The notes: generated from the letters alone by a model not told the origin. A DNA stretch of 33,626 nucleotides from Methylococcaceae bacterium (GCA_022616595.1 JAKEEL010000094.1:1-33626); one strand, 5' to 3'. Counted from the first letter of the stretch, positions 1 to 8,332 are shown. Program-made: numbers and translations.

Positions 1-370
1 ATTCATGCAATCGGATGCAAGCCTCTACGGTGCGGGACGACAAGGATACCTGATCTCCCCAGACCACCAGGACGAAGGGGGTTTCGACCAGTCCTCTCGC
101 CCTGAAGATCGCGTCGGCCATACCTTTGGGTTCAGGCTGTATGGCGATGTCGAAATTTTCACCGACCTCCTGCTCCACACAGGGCCTGACCGATTCCACT
201 CCCTCGGGAGAAAGTACCAATATGTAACGACCCATCCGCCTGCCGAGTCCTTCAATAATCTACGCCGCGATCGGCCGTTCGAGGACCGGAAACAAGATTT
301 TTGGTAAGGGATGGCCGAGTCTCGATCCTTTGCCGGCCGCGGGAATCACCGCGGTCCAGTTCCGATGCAT
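1..370 (-). pseudogene. Sugar-phosphate nucleotidyltransferase (NTP_transferase / MobA-like fold). N-terminal part only, interrupted by an in-frame TAG. The gene continues past the left window edge.
   Basis: My own minus-strand translation from ATG 370-368 reads MHRNWTAVIPAAGKGSRLGHPLPKILFPVLERPIAA*IIEGLGRRMGRYILVLSPEGVESVRPCVEQEVGENFDIAIQPEPKGMADAIFRARGLVETPFVLVVWGDQVSLSSRTVEACIRLHE. The PAAGKGSRLG glycine loop, QPEPKGMADAI and VVWGDQ are typical of this fold. The TAG (plus-strand cta, 260-262) is in the same frame, and the frame stays open to nt 2. The ORF track misses it because of the stop and the window edge. A gene caller might instead call a truncated CDS from ATG 235. Confidence 0.55.
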
Positions 371-420
371 TCCGGATTCTGCAACCTCGTCAAAAACTTC
401 ATCCAGGGTCCAGATCGCTT

Positions 421-1071
421 TCACAGGTCCAGCAGATCCCGGATTCCCGATACGATGTATTTCGCGCCGTTGGCCCGAAGAACGCTGTCATCGACCGTAC
501 CGCGCACCCCGATAACAGTCGCGCCGGCCCGCCTCCCGGCGATCACCCCGGCAACGGAATCTTCGATGATCGCGACCGATTCCGGCTCGATATTCAGCTT
601 TTGCATCGCCTTCACGAAAATTTCAGGAGAGGGTTTCGAATTTTCAACATCCTGCCCGCTCAGCACGGATCGAAAAAGATCCCGGGTTTCGCTGGCATCC
701 AGAAAAAGGTCCACCGTATCCTTGCTCGCAGAACTCGCGAGCCCCAGGGTGAAGCGTTCCTGAAGCTGCTCGAGTATGAAACGGCAATTCGGAACGACCG
801 GGGGGGCTTCCCGCAGCAACAGGCCCGCCCATTTCCGTTTGGTCACCGTGAGTTCCTCGATCAAGGCGTCCGACTCGACCACATCTTCGTTGAACAGCAC
901 CTTCCGGAAGGCATCATCGGTTCGCACACCGGCGATCTCCGCGTAAGGCAGACCGGCATATCCGTAGGCCTTGAAGGTTCGATCGTATGCCGCGCCATGC
1001 GCTTCGGACGAAAAGAACAGGACGCCGTCCATATCGAAAATCAGCGTAGTAAATTGATCCAAACAACTCAT
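421..1071 (-). CDS. HAD-superfamily hydrolase, subfamily IA (beta-phosphoglucomutase / phosphatase-like)
   Basis: ORF 421..1149(-). Motif I is LIFDMDGVLF (DxDG). Later HAD motifs are LGLASSASK, KPSPEIF and IEDSVAGVIAGRRAG. I trimmed the start to ATG 1071 (MSCLDQFTTLIFDMDG) because the 26-aa upstream extension is not HAD-like. Confidence 0.85.
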   Translation of the reverse strand: MSCLDQFTTLIFDMDGVLFFSSEAHGAAYDRTFKAYGYAGLPYAEIAGVRTDDAFRKVLFNEDVVESDALIEELTVTKRKWAGLLLREAPPVVPNCRFILEQLQERFTLGLASSASKDTVDLFLDASETRDLFRSVLSGQDVENSKPSPEIFVKAMQKLNIEPESVAIIEDSVAGVIAGRRAGATVIGVRGTVDDSVLRANGAKYIVSGIRDLLDL

Positions 1072-1430
1072 GGTTCCACTCAAACAAAATTGCCGACGTT
1101 GTCCGACTAATGTCGACGCGATCAAGATTTTAATCTCTAGCCGGCCCAAGGTTCCAGCTTAGCGATATTAAGGTTAGGTTACAAACAGGTTTTTTTGAAA
1201 CCGATTGCCGCTTTCATCGCCAAAGCTGGAATGGCGAATGCCGATAAGCCGTTCCTCTACATCCTGATCGATCAACCGAAGAACTGGCTGGAAACACACG
1301 ATACTTCACAAAAAAATAGGGAATAGTCTGCGTTGATTCACGGCGTCCCATCCGCGTGCGGACAAACACAAGGCATAGTGATCTGGAGGGGATAGATCAA
1401 TTTTCCTGAGTACGCCCTCAAGGCCAGGTG

Positions 1431-1811
1431 TTATTTTGCCAAAGCCACCGGATAATTCGGATGTTCGGGATTGACGATCAATATTTGCCGGCGCGGATCA
1501 ACGACCAGATCCATCGCTTCGAGCGGAATTACCCCCATCAACGGTTCGTTGCCCAGTACTACCGCCTCGGTCACATAGCTACGATTCTCAAAAGTGATTT
1601 CAATCGGAGCAATTTTCGGTACCTTGCGCTGGTGACCGTCGGCCAGCGTAACCACTTGTTGACTGATCTCGGTAATATCGAAACCCAATTGCAACGCGAC
1701 CTCCTCGGTCACACACATGAACGTTGCACCGCTATCCACCAGCGCATTGACCTCGACCTGCTTCCGGCTGAACAAATTGGTTAATTTGAGTGTCGCGTAG
1801 GTTAAACCCAT
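1431..1811 (-). CDS. Stand-alone retropepsin-like (clan AA) aspartic protease, 126 aa
   Basis: ORF 1431..1811(-). It has the catalytic-type motif ALVDSGATFMCV (D-S-G-A) and the size of a single retropepsin domain. An SD-like GGGAG lies 6 nt upstream of the ATG. The start is 13 nt downstream of the murI stop. Confidence 0.75.
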   Translation of the reverse strand: MGLTYATLKLTNLFSRKQVEVNALVDSGATFMCVTEEVALQLGFDITEISQQVVTLADGHQRKVPKIAPIEITFENRSYVTEAVVLGNEPLMGVIPLEAMDLVVDPRRQILIVNPEHPNYPVALAK

Positions 1812-1824
1812 GTCTTACTCCCGG

Positions 1825-2685
1825 TTAGTGCATTCCATCAACAAGCTCGAGCGGATGTACATTCAATGGACTTCCCCACAATCTGGACGTGATCGTCCGA
1901 ACCACGTCGAGGTCGCCGCTGGACAGGATTTCCAAATTTCCGACGTTGTCCAGGGACGCGGCGAGTTTTCTCGCCTCCAATTGTCGCTGGACCTCCCTGG
2001 CAACCGGAAGACCGGTATCCAGAATCCGGATATGCGGTCCCGATAGCTGTCGAAACAACGGCAGCAGAAAGGGGTAATGAGTGCATCCGAGAACCACTGT
2101 ATCGGCGCCGCGGGAAGTCAATTTACCGAGGTATTCGGCCGCGAGCTGCCGGGTTTCCGTTCCGTCCAGATCGCCTTTTTCCACGAGTTCGACCAAGCCG
2201 GGACAGGCCTGCGTGATGATCTTTACTCCCTGGCCAAACTCAGCCTGCAATCGCGTGAACTTAGCACTGTTCAAGGTAGCGGCGGTTGCGAGAACTCCGA
2301 TTACTCCGGTTCGAGTCAGGGAGACCGCCGGCTTCACCGCGGGTTCCATTCCAATGATCGGGATGCTGTGCAAGGATCGCAAACGCGTGATCGCGGCGGC
2401 GGTCGCCGTATTGCACGCCACCACGAGCGCCTTGACGCGACGTTGAATCAGATACTGCGACAACTTCACGGCCCGTTCCTCGACTTCGGCAGTCGTTTTC
2501 GTCCCGTAAGGCGCATAGGCGGAATCCGCAATATACAGCAGCCGTTCGGCCGGCAGCTCCCTTTGAATATGCCGGGCGACGGACAAACCGCCGACACCGG
2601 AATCGAATAAACCGATCGGTGCAGTCTGGTCCGTCGTTTCCATGTCCGTGATTGAATGGTCCATGGTCCTGATTGTAGTTACCAT
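1825..2685 (-). CDS. murI: Glutamate racemase
   Basis: ORF 1825..2685(-). Motifs are IGLFDSGVGGLSV, YIADSAYAPYG, VVACNTATA and VLGCTHYPFL, which include both catalytic Cys motifs. The start is ambiguous: in-frame ATGs occur at 2685, 2664 and 2643. Confidence 0.93.
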   Translation of the reverse strand: MVTTIRTMDHSITDMETTDQTAPIGLFDSGVGGLSVARHIQRELPAERLLYIADSAYAPYGTKTTAEVEERAVKLSQYLIQRRVKALVVACNTATAAAITRLRSLHSIPIIGMEPAVKPAVSLTRTGVIGVLATAATLNSAKFTRLQAEFGQGVKIITQACPGLVELVEKGDLDGTETRQLAAEYLGKLTSRGADTVVLGCTHYPFLLPLFRQLSGPHIRILDTGLPVAREVQRQLEARKLAASLDNVGNLEILSSGDLDVVRTITSRLWGSPLNVHPLELVDGMH

Positions 2686-2816
2686 AATTGCCCGATTCAG
2701 GTAAAAAATTCATGTTCGTTCGGTATTGCAAACAGCGTTGCACGAAAACAGTGCGCTTGAATTATTCAAAACCGTCAAATTCATAAAAGTGTTGGTTAAT
2801 TCCAACCCGATTCAAG

Positions 2817-2857
2817 CTGACCTGTTTGGTCAGGTTTTGACCCTTCCGGTCCAAAAC
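2817..2857. promoter_or_regulatory. Phased array of four TGACC/GGTCA half-sites, i.e. two adjacent TGACC-N5-GGTCA palindromes with exact 10-bp register. Candidate operator.
   Basis: The sequence reads gcTGACCtgtttGGTCAggtttTGACCcttccGGTCCaaaac. Half-sites start at 2818, 2828, 2838 and 2848. It lies in the 386-bp divergent region between murI and the small ORF at 3072. Confidence 0.4.
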
Positions 2858-3071
2858 AAACCGATTTCAATCAGACCAGCAGCCATCGTCGTCTGCGCGA
2901 CTCGCGTGCAATCCCCGAAGACCCAATATTTCCAACGGATATCACAAATCGAAAGTTTTTCAATGTTGCGCCACCACAATGGCACACATCGTGCTTTATC
3001 GTCTGTAACAGGAAAATATGTCGAGTCGCCGCCATCGGAGGGCGAATTTCACTGAATCAGGAGGCTTTGCC

Positions 3072-3269
3072 ATGTTTGACAAAATCTTTTCACTCATTCA
3101 TCAGAAACTGCGTTATTTTACCCTTTGGGGTTATGGATGGAAGCGTAGAAATATGTCCAGAAATTCCGTTTGCTACCAGTGGCGGGACCCGATCACCGGT
3201 CTATGGTACGGGGAGCGAGCCGCCATGAAACTGCTCATGGTCAATGCCTTGGATTACTACCGTCACTGA
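3072..3269 (+). CDS. Hypothetical small Trp/Tyr-rich protein (65 aa)
   Basis: This is the C-terminal part of ORF 3018..3269(+). ATG 3072 is preceded by AGGAGG with a 7-nt spacer (tcAGGAGGctttgccATG). A strong intrinsic terminator follows at 3306-3344. I recognise no family. ATG 3018 is an alternative start. Confidence 0.5.
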   Translation: MFDKIFSLIHQKLRYFTLWGYGWKRRNMSRNSVCYQWRDPITGLWYGERAAMKLLMVNALDYYRH

Positions 3270-3305
3270 AGCGATACCCCCAACCTTTCAGGTTTCCTCC
3301 TCTAG

Positions 3306-3344
3306 AATGCCGGAGTCGCAACGTGATTACTCCGGCATTTTTTT
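3306..3344 (+). terminator. Rho-independent terminator
   Basis: An 11-bp perfect stem aatgccggagt / actccggcatt with a 12-nt loop runs into a T7 tract (3338-3344). Confidence 0.8.
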
Positions 3345-3379
3345 AGATTCATGATCTCGGCCGAATCGACGCGATCCGG

Positions 3380-4309
3380 TCAGGTGTCCCGGTAATATTC
3401 GATCAGGTTGAGGATTCCCTGTTCGACCGGCAGCAATTCACGGTCCAAAAGGCGCCTCATCTTCGCGATGTCCGGTTTGCGCCGTGTCATGTCCCCTTCG
3501 GCCAGAGGCGGCAGAAATACGATTTTCGAGCGGGATTTCGTGAACTCGATTATATTCTGCGCCAATGACAGGATGGTGAACTCGATATCGCTGCCGATAT
3601 TGACCGTCTCGTTTTCGATCACGCCGCTGTAATGCGCATTCACGCAAGCATCGACATTATCATCCACATAACAAAATGTCCGGGTCTGCAAACCGTCGCC
3701 AAAGATCGGGATATCCTCGTTGTTCAAAGCCTTTCGGATGAAGCGTGGAATCACGAAATCCTCGCTCTGATTCGGCCCGTAGGTGTTAAAAAAGCGGAAA
3801 ATCAGAAAATTGAGTCCGAATTCCTTTTGGTAGGTTCGAAGATAAGCTTCCCCGACGTTTTTTACGACCGCGTAAGGTAAACGCGAGTTCAGCGGTGTCG
3901 TATTTTCATTCTGGGGTATCTCGAAGGGCTCGCCGTAAACTTCGGAAGATGACGAATAATAGACCCGCTTGACCCCGCAATTTTTGGACAAATTCAGAAT
4001 ATGTTCGATCCCCCGAATATCGCCCAGTACCGCCAACGGATTCTGCAACGTGCGTTGCACCCCGACCACTGCCGCAAAATGAAATACGTAATCGAAACGA
4101 TAGGTGAAGAACAGCGGCGAAATATCCCGATAACGATTCACGTCGCACTTGATGAATTCGACGTTTTCAAGATCCACAGGGACCTTGCAGAGATCCCCGG
4201 TCAACAGATTATCCGCCACGATAATCCGGTTCTGCGGGTTCTTCGCGAGTTTTCGGGTCAGTGCGCTGGCGATATTGCCGGCACCGCCGGTAACCAGTAT
4301 GCTGCTCAC
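3380..4309 (-). CDS. NAD-dependent sugar-nucleotide epimerase/dehydratase (extended SDR)
   Basis: ORF 3380..4309(-). It has the Rossmann motif ILVTGGAGNIASAL, SSSSEVYG, and the catalytic YAVVK (YxxxK). The GTG start overlaps the stop of the upstream GT4 gene (GTGA). Confidence 0.88.
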   Translation of the reverse strand: MSSILVTGGAGNIASALTRKLAKNPQNRIIVADNLLTGDLCKVPVDLENVEFIKCDVNRYRDISPLFFTYRFDYVFHFAAVVGVQRTLQNPLAVLGDIRGIEHILNLSKNCGVKRVYYSSSSEVYGEPFEIPQNENTTPLNSRLPYAVVKNVGEAYLRTYQKEFGLNFLIFRFFNTYGPNQSEDFVIPRFIRKALNNEDIPIFGDGLQTRTFCYVDDNVDACVNAHYSGVIENETVNIGSDIEFTILSLAQNIIEFTKSRSKIVFLPPLAEGDMTRRKPDIAKMRRLLDRELLPVEQGILNLIEYYRDT

Positions 4310-5619
4310 GCGGCGATGCCTCCGAGTTTTTCCAGAATGTCCTTGCGGCCGCGGGTGTTCGCCGCATCCCGGACGACGTCCAGAAATTTCGGAACGACCG
4401 CCTGTTCCGACCAGTTGCGCGTGAAAGCCTCCCGGCCCTGACGGGCCAGAAGATCCCGAAATTCCGGTTCGGACTGGATTTTACGCATGGCGCGGCGTAG
4501 ATCTTTCGGGCCATCGAACAACAAACCGCCGCCGCTCTTTTCGACAATCTCGGGAAAGGGACCGATTCTGCGGGCCAATACCGGTGTATTCTGGCGAAAC
4601 GATTCGATCAGGATGATTCCGAATGTTTCGAAACAAACCGAGGGGACGATCAATGCAATCGCATGCTGGTAATAGTTGTCCAGTTGGTCGGGTGCAACCC
4701 GCCCCAGGAATTTGACTCCGGAAATTCCCTTTGCAATTTCTTTCAGGATGGAGGCGTATTCACCATCCCCTGCGATCAGAAAATCAGCGTCCGGATAATC
4801 TGCGAACACCGGAATCGTATCGTCGAGACCTTTGATCTTTTCGAGACGGCCAACGAACAAAAAATAAGGCCGCGGATGCGGGGAAGGGTCACTGAACTTA
4901 TATTCAGCCGGGCCGGTGTCCGGCAGAAAATAATTCACCACGTCCATATCGCGCGGAAAACCGAACTCCCTGTGCTTGTCCCGACTGAACTCGCTCATTG
5001 CGATAAAACGGTCCACCTGATGCTGCACTCGGTTCAGGTAACCGCTGTATCGCCACAACTGAGGAGGCCGCCGATAATGCAGTACACAGCGTAAACACTG
5101 GCGCCCGGTGCAGCGTTCGCGGCCGTGACGCCACAGCACGTGCGACGGACAAACCAGCCAGTGTTCATGCGCCATGTACAGTTTTATGCCCTCTCCATAA
5201 GAGAACAATCCCGGTCCGCCGACCAATGAGGTATTGTGAAACATGATGACATCGAATTTTCGTTCGTCGAGGATTTTCCGGATTCTTCCACCCTGCACGA
5301 TCGGTTTGCCGAGCTGTTGGGTCAACAAAATGGACAATTTGGGCGATTTGGACCGCAGGCGAATAACCTCGACACCGTCGCCGTAATCGGGCATTTCTGG
5401 ATCGGGATGATTGCTCAAGACATTATACGCATCGATATCCTGAACGACGGTTACCCGATGACCCTGCCGGACCAGTGCCTGGGAAAGCCTTTGAATCCCC
5501 ATCGCATCCCCGCCGAAGCTGTAGGGCGGGTAAAAAGTTGTCAACATGCAAAAATTGAGGCCGCCGGAACGAATGGAATCCGAGCGAAGAAATTGCTCCC
5601 GGATATGCGGTGCATTCAT
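4306..5619 (-). CDS. Glycosyltransferase, GT4 family (GT-B fold)
   Basis: ORF 4306..5619(-). N-terminal FYPPYSFGGDAMG. C-terminal Glycos_transf_1-like FLFVGRLEKIKGLD...PSVCFETFGIILIESF. A GAGGGA SD lies about 8 nt upstream of ATG 5619. Confidence 0.85.
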   Translation of the reverse strand: MNAPHIREQFLRSDSIRSGGLNFCMLTTFYPPYSFGGDAMGIQRLSQALVRQGHRVTVVQDIDAYNVLSNHPDPEMPDYGDGVEVIRLRSKSPKLSILLTQQLGKPIVQGGRIRKILDERKFDVIMFHNTSLVGGPGLFSYGEGIKLYMAHEHWLVCPSHVLWRHGRERCTGRQCLRCVLHYRRPPQLWRYSGYLNRVQHQVDRFIAMSEFSRDKHREFGFPRDMDVVNYFLPDTGPAEYKFSDPSPHPRPYFLFVGRLEKIKGLDDTIPVFADYPDADFLIAGDGEYASILKEIAKGISGVKFLGRVAPDQLDNYYQHAIALIVPSVCFETFGIILIESFRQNTPVLARRIGPFPEIVEKSGGGLLFDGPKDLRRAMRKIQSEPEFRDLLARQGREAFTRNWSEQAVVPKFLDVVRDAANTRGRKDILEKLGGIAA

Positions 5620-5825
5620 AAAATCAATCCCTCAGGGAGCCAATAGAAAAACCATTCTAAACTGAAGCTTACAAAAACTCCTTTCGCACCGAGACCGGGC
5701 GACCGGCGGTTTTCGCTGCTTGACCGAAATACTTCGCTGCACCCGGAACGGAAACTTGATAGGAGTCCGATCGTGCTAAACTATAGCCGATAGCCCAACA
5801 AGTTCCAAACGTAAATCGAATAAGC

Positions 5826-7364
5826 ATGGGAACCCGGAATTTACGCGCGACAAGAATTCGAATCTTCATCACTTGCTGGATCATATTCGCGCTTTTTTTT
5901 GCGACCGATTTCGTACGGGAACATTATCTGGTATTGAGCATCGGCGATCATTTTTCATTCCGTCTCGATGGATTCGAGGGGCTTCACCCGGACATCTTCG
6001 TGACGGAAAACCACGGCGTGCATCATGGAGCAAACCCCGGTGCGTCGATGATCGCGGCGATTCCGTATGCGGTGTTCAAGCCCTTGATCGACGCGATCAA
6101 CAATCGAATTCTTAGCAAACGATCCGCCGCCGCTGGAGAAATCATCGCGGTTTACAAGGACCCCAGGCCGATGCGAGTCGAGTTTTTCAAACAAGTCAGA
6201 CAGCGCGGTTTGGACATCAAGTTTGGACTGACCGGATTCGTGACCCAGGTCTTCTGCATGGCACCTCTCTCCGCTTTCAGTGTCGTGGTGATGTTTAACG
6301 TGTTCATCTGGCTTGGCATGAACCACAAGCTTTCCCGCGGGCTGGCCTTCTTGTATGCTTTCGGCACCCCGGTCCTGTTTCGAACCGCCTATCTGAATCA
6401 GAATTTGATGGTCGGGATCTTTTCACTGTTTGCCTTCGTATTGATCTGGCGCTCGTCGGAGGAACTTAGACTCACGCTGAAAACCAGATATTTCCTCGCA
6501 GGTTTCTTCGGCGGATTGGGTTTTTTGTGTGACTACAGCGGGGCGATCCCGATGGCTTTACTCGGGATTTATTGCCTGATGCTGCGCAATGAAAGGGTTG
6601 GAATTGTTGAAGGCCTTAAAGATTCCCTCTGGTATGGCGCGGGAACCTTGCTTCCGGTTTTGCTGCTTGGCTGGTATCAATACCGAAGTTTCGGGAACTT
6701 TTTTTACCCCGGTCAGCACTACATGCCGCAGGTCGAATGGATTGAAGTCGGCTATCAGGGAGTCGGCGGCCCGCAACTGGAGTTGCTTTGGATGCTCTGG
6801 TTCGACCCGCGATTCGGTTTGTTCATGGTCGGACCGATTCTGCTGCTCGCTCTCGCGGCGCCGTTGTTGCCGAAAGATACACAATGCGCGCTTCCGCTGC
6901 GCGAGACAATGACCTTGGTGGCCATTTTCCTGGCCGTCTCGATATTTTTCAGCTCGGTCCAGTATACCCGCCTGCAATGGAACACCGGGATCCGCTATCT
7001 GATGGCCATCGTCCCGTTGACTTTCATATTGTCCGGAATCGTCTTGGCCCGCATCCCGAAACTGATCGCATTTCCGCTCGTAGTACTGGTGATCGGTGAA
7101 TCGGTCGCGATTGCGATGGTGCGCAGTCAGAGCGGGATTTTTGATTCCGTCATGCGGACCTTTCTCGAGGGGTTCCAACTGCCTTGGCTCGGCACCCTGT
7201 CCAGAATGGCCGTGCAATACGCTCCGTTTCTGGACGGACAACCCGCCTCGGCGATTCCCTTCATGACCCTGGCCGCGGTGTTGATCTGGGGAATCTGGAC
7301 AATCGAAGAACCCGGCAAGCCTTTTGACATAACCTCGAAACCTGAACGACTTCAATCCGGATGA
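5826..7364 (+). CDS. Polytopic inner-membrane protein (about 12 hydrophobic segments). Possibly a GT-C-type lipid-linked-sugar transferase.
   Basis: ORF 5826..7364(+), 512 aa, with many hydrophobic stretches along its length. There is an acidic motif near the first loop (ATDFVREHY). Its stop overlaps the start of the polyprenyl-phosphate GT2 gene (ATGA at 7361-7364). I am confident it is coding. The GT-C assignment is only inference from topology and context. Confidence 0.7.
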   Translation: MGTRNLRATRIRIFITCWIIFALFFATDFVREHYLVLSIGDHFSFRLDGFEGLHPDIFVTENHGVHHGANPGASMIAAIPYAVFKPLIDAINNRILSKRSAAAGEIIAVYKDPRPMRVEFFKQVRQRGLDIKFGLTGFVTQVFCMAPLSAFSVVVMFNVFIWLGMNHKLSRGLAFLYAFGTPVLFRTAYLNQNLMVGIFSLFAFVLIWRSSEELRLTLKTRYFLAGFFGGLGFLCDYSGAIPMALLGIYCLMLRNERVGIVEGLKDSLWYGAGTLLPVLLLGWYQYRSFGNFFYPGQHYMPQVEWIEVGYQGVGGPQLELLWMLWFDPRFGLFMVGPILLLALAAPLLPKDTQCALPLRETMTLVAIFLAVSIFFSSVQYTRLQWNTGIRYLMAIVPLTFILSGIVLARIPKLIAFPLVVLVIGESVAIAMVRSQSGIFDSVMRTFLEGFQLPWLGTLSRMAVQYAPFLDGQPASAIPFMTLAAVLIWGIWTIEEPGKPFDITSKPERLQSG

Positions 7365-8332
7365 GCAAAGATAAGAAAACCGTTTCCCTGGTCGTTCCGG
7401 TCTTTAACGAAATCGAAGTCATCGACACCTGCTACCGGAGGCTGTCCGATGTCATGAGTTCTTTACGCGAATATGACTACGAGTTGATTTTCGTCGACGA
7501 TGGAAGCCATGACGGCTCCTGGGAGAAGCTGATGGATTTCCAGAATCTCGACCCGCATCTGAAAGTGATCAAGTTCTCACGTAATTTCGGGCATCAGATC
7601 GCGATTACGGCCGGGATAGACCACGCGAAAGGCGCCGCGGTAGTGGTCATTGACGCGGACTTGCAGGATCCTCCGGAAATCATCGCGGACATGATCGCCA
7701 GGTGGGAACAAGGCTACGATGTGGTTTACGGCGTCAGAAAAAAGCGCGATGGCGAAAGTTGGCTGAAACTGTTGACCGCGTCCGCGTTCTACCGGGTATT
7801 AAAAAAATTTACCAGCATCGAAATACCGGTCGATGTCGGCGATTTTCGTTTGATGAGCGCCAGGGCCGCCAATCAACTCAAGCAGCTTCGGGAAAAAGAC
7901 CGCTTCATTCGAGGCTTGGTGAGCTGGATCGGATTTCGCCAGACCGGTGTCCCTTATCACCGGGAAGAACGATTCGCCGGAGAAACCAAATATCCCTTCA
8001 AAAAAATGGCAAAATTTGCATTGGACGGAATCACTTCATTTTCCAGTATTCCGCTGAAATTCGCATCCTGGCTCGGATTCATGACGTCATTGCTGGCCTT
8101 TCTTTATCTTTTCACTGTCTTTATTCAAAAGGCGATGGGCTATACTATCGAAGGTTGGGCGACGATCATGGTTGCGATGTTGTTTTTGGGTGGAGTCCAG
8201 TTGATTTGTCTCGGGATAATCGGGGAGTATATCGGTCGCATTTTTACCGAGATCAAATCACGGCCGATGTATGTGATCGAATCCATCAATAACGAGCCAA
8301 CCACCTTGGTTGGCGAAACTTGCTGCGGTTGA
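7361..8332 (+). CDS. Polyprenyl-phosphate glycosyltransferase, GT2 family (ArnC / GtrB / DPM1-like)
   Basis: ORF 7361..8332(+). Motifs are VSLVVPVFNE, YELIFVDDGSHDGS, FSRNFGHQIAITAGI and VIDADLQDPPE. Two C-terminal TM helices (LAFLYLFTVF..., VAMLFLGGVQLICLGIIGEY) complete the characteristic architecture of this family. Confidence 0.9.
   Translation: MSKDKKTVSLVVPVFNEIEVIDTCYRRLSDVMSSLREYDYELIFVDDGSHDGSWEKLMDFQNLDPHLKVIKFSRNFGHQIAITAGIDHAKGAAVVVIDADLQDPPEIIADMIARWEQGYDVVYGVRKKRDGESWLKLLTASAFYRVLKKFTSIEIPVDVGDFRLMSARAANQLKQLREKDRFIRGLVSWIGFRQTGVPYHREERFAGETKYPFKKMAKFALDGITSFSSIPLKFASWLGFMTSLLAFLYLFTVFIQKAMGYTIEGWATIMVAMLFLGGVQLICLGIIGEYIGRIFTEIKSRPMYVIESINNEPTTLVGETCCG

Noticed and set aside
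1072-1430. 360-bp gap between the protease and the HAD gene, with short ORFs: a 31-aa plus-strand ORF MANADKPF... and a 41-aa minus-strand GTG ORF.
   Set aside because: Neither ORF has an SD or a recognisable motif, and they overlap each other on opposite strands. I treated the gap as non-coding leader or promoter DNA.
2726-3055. TTG-initiated 109-aa ORF filling the murI / small-ORF intergenic region.
   Set aside because: It has no SD, an unusual start codon, no recognisable motif, and only modest third-position GC. It is kept as a caveat for the TGACC array and is not excluded with certainty.
5712-5740. 8-bp direct repeat TTCGCTGC spaced 21 bp apart (5712-5719 and 5733-5740) in the divergent promoter of the glyco cluster.
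   Set aside because: A single 8-mer repeat within about 200 bp is expected by chance with a probability of a few tenths. It has no third copy and no palindromic partner.
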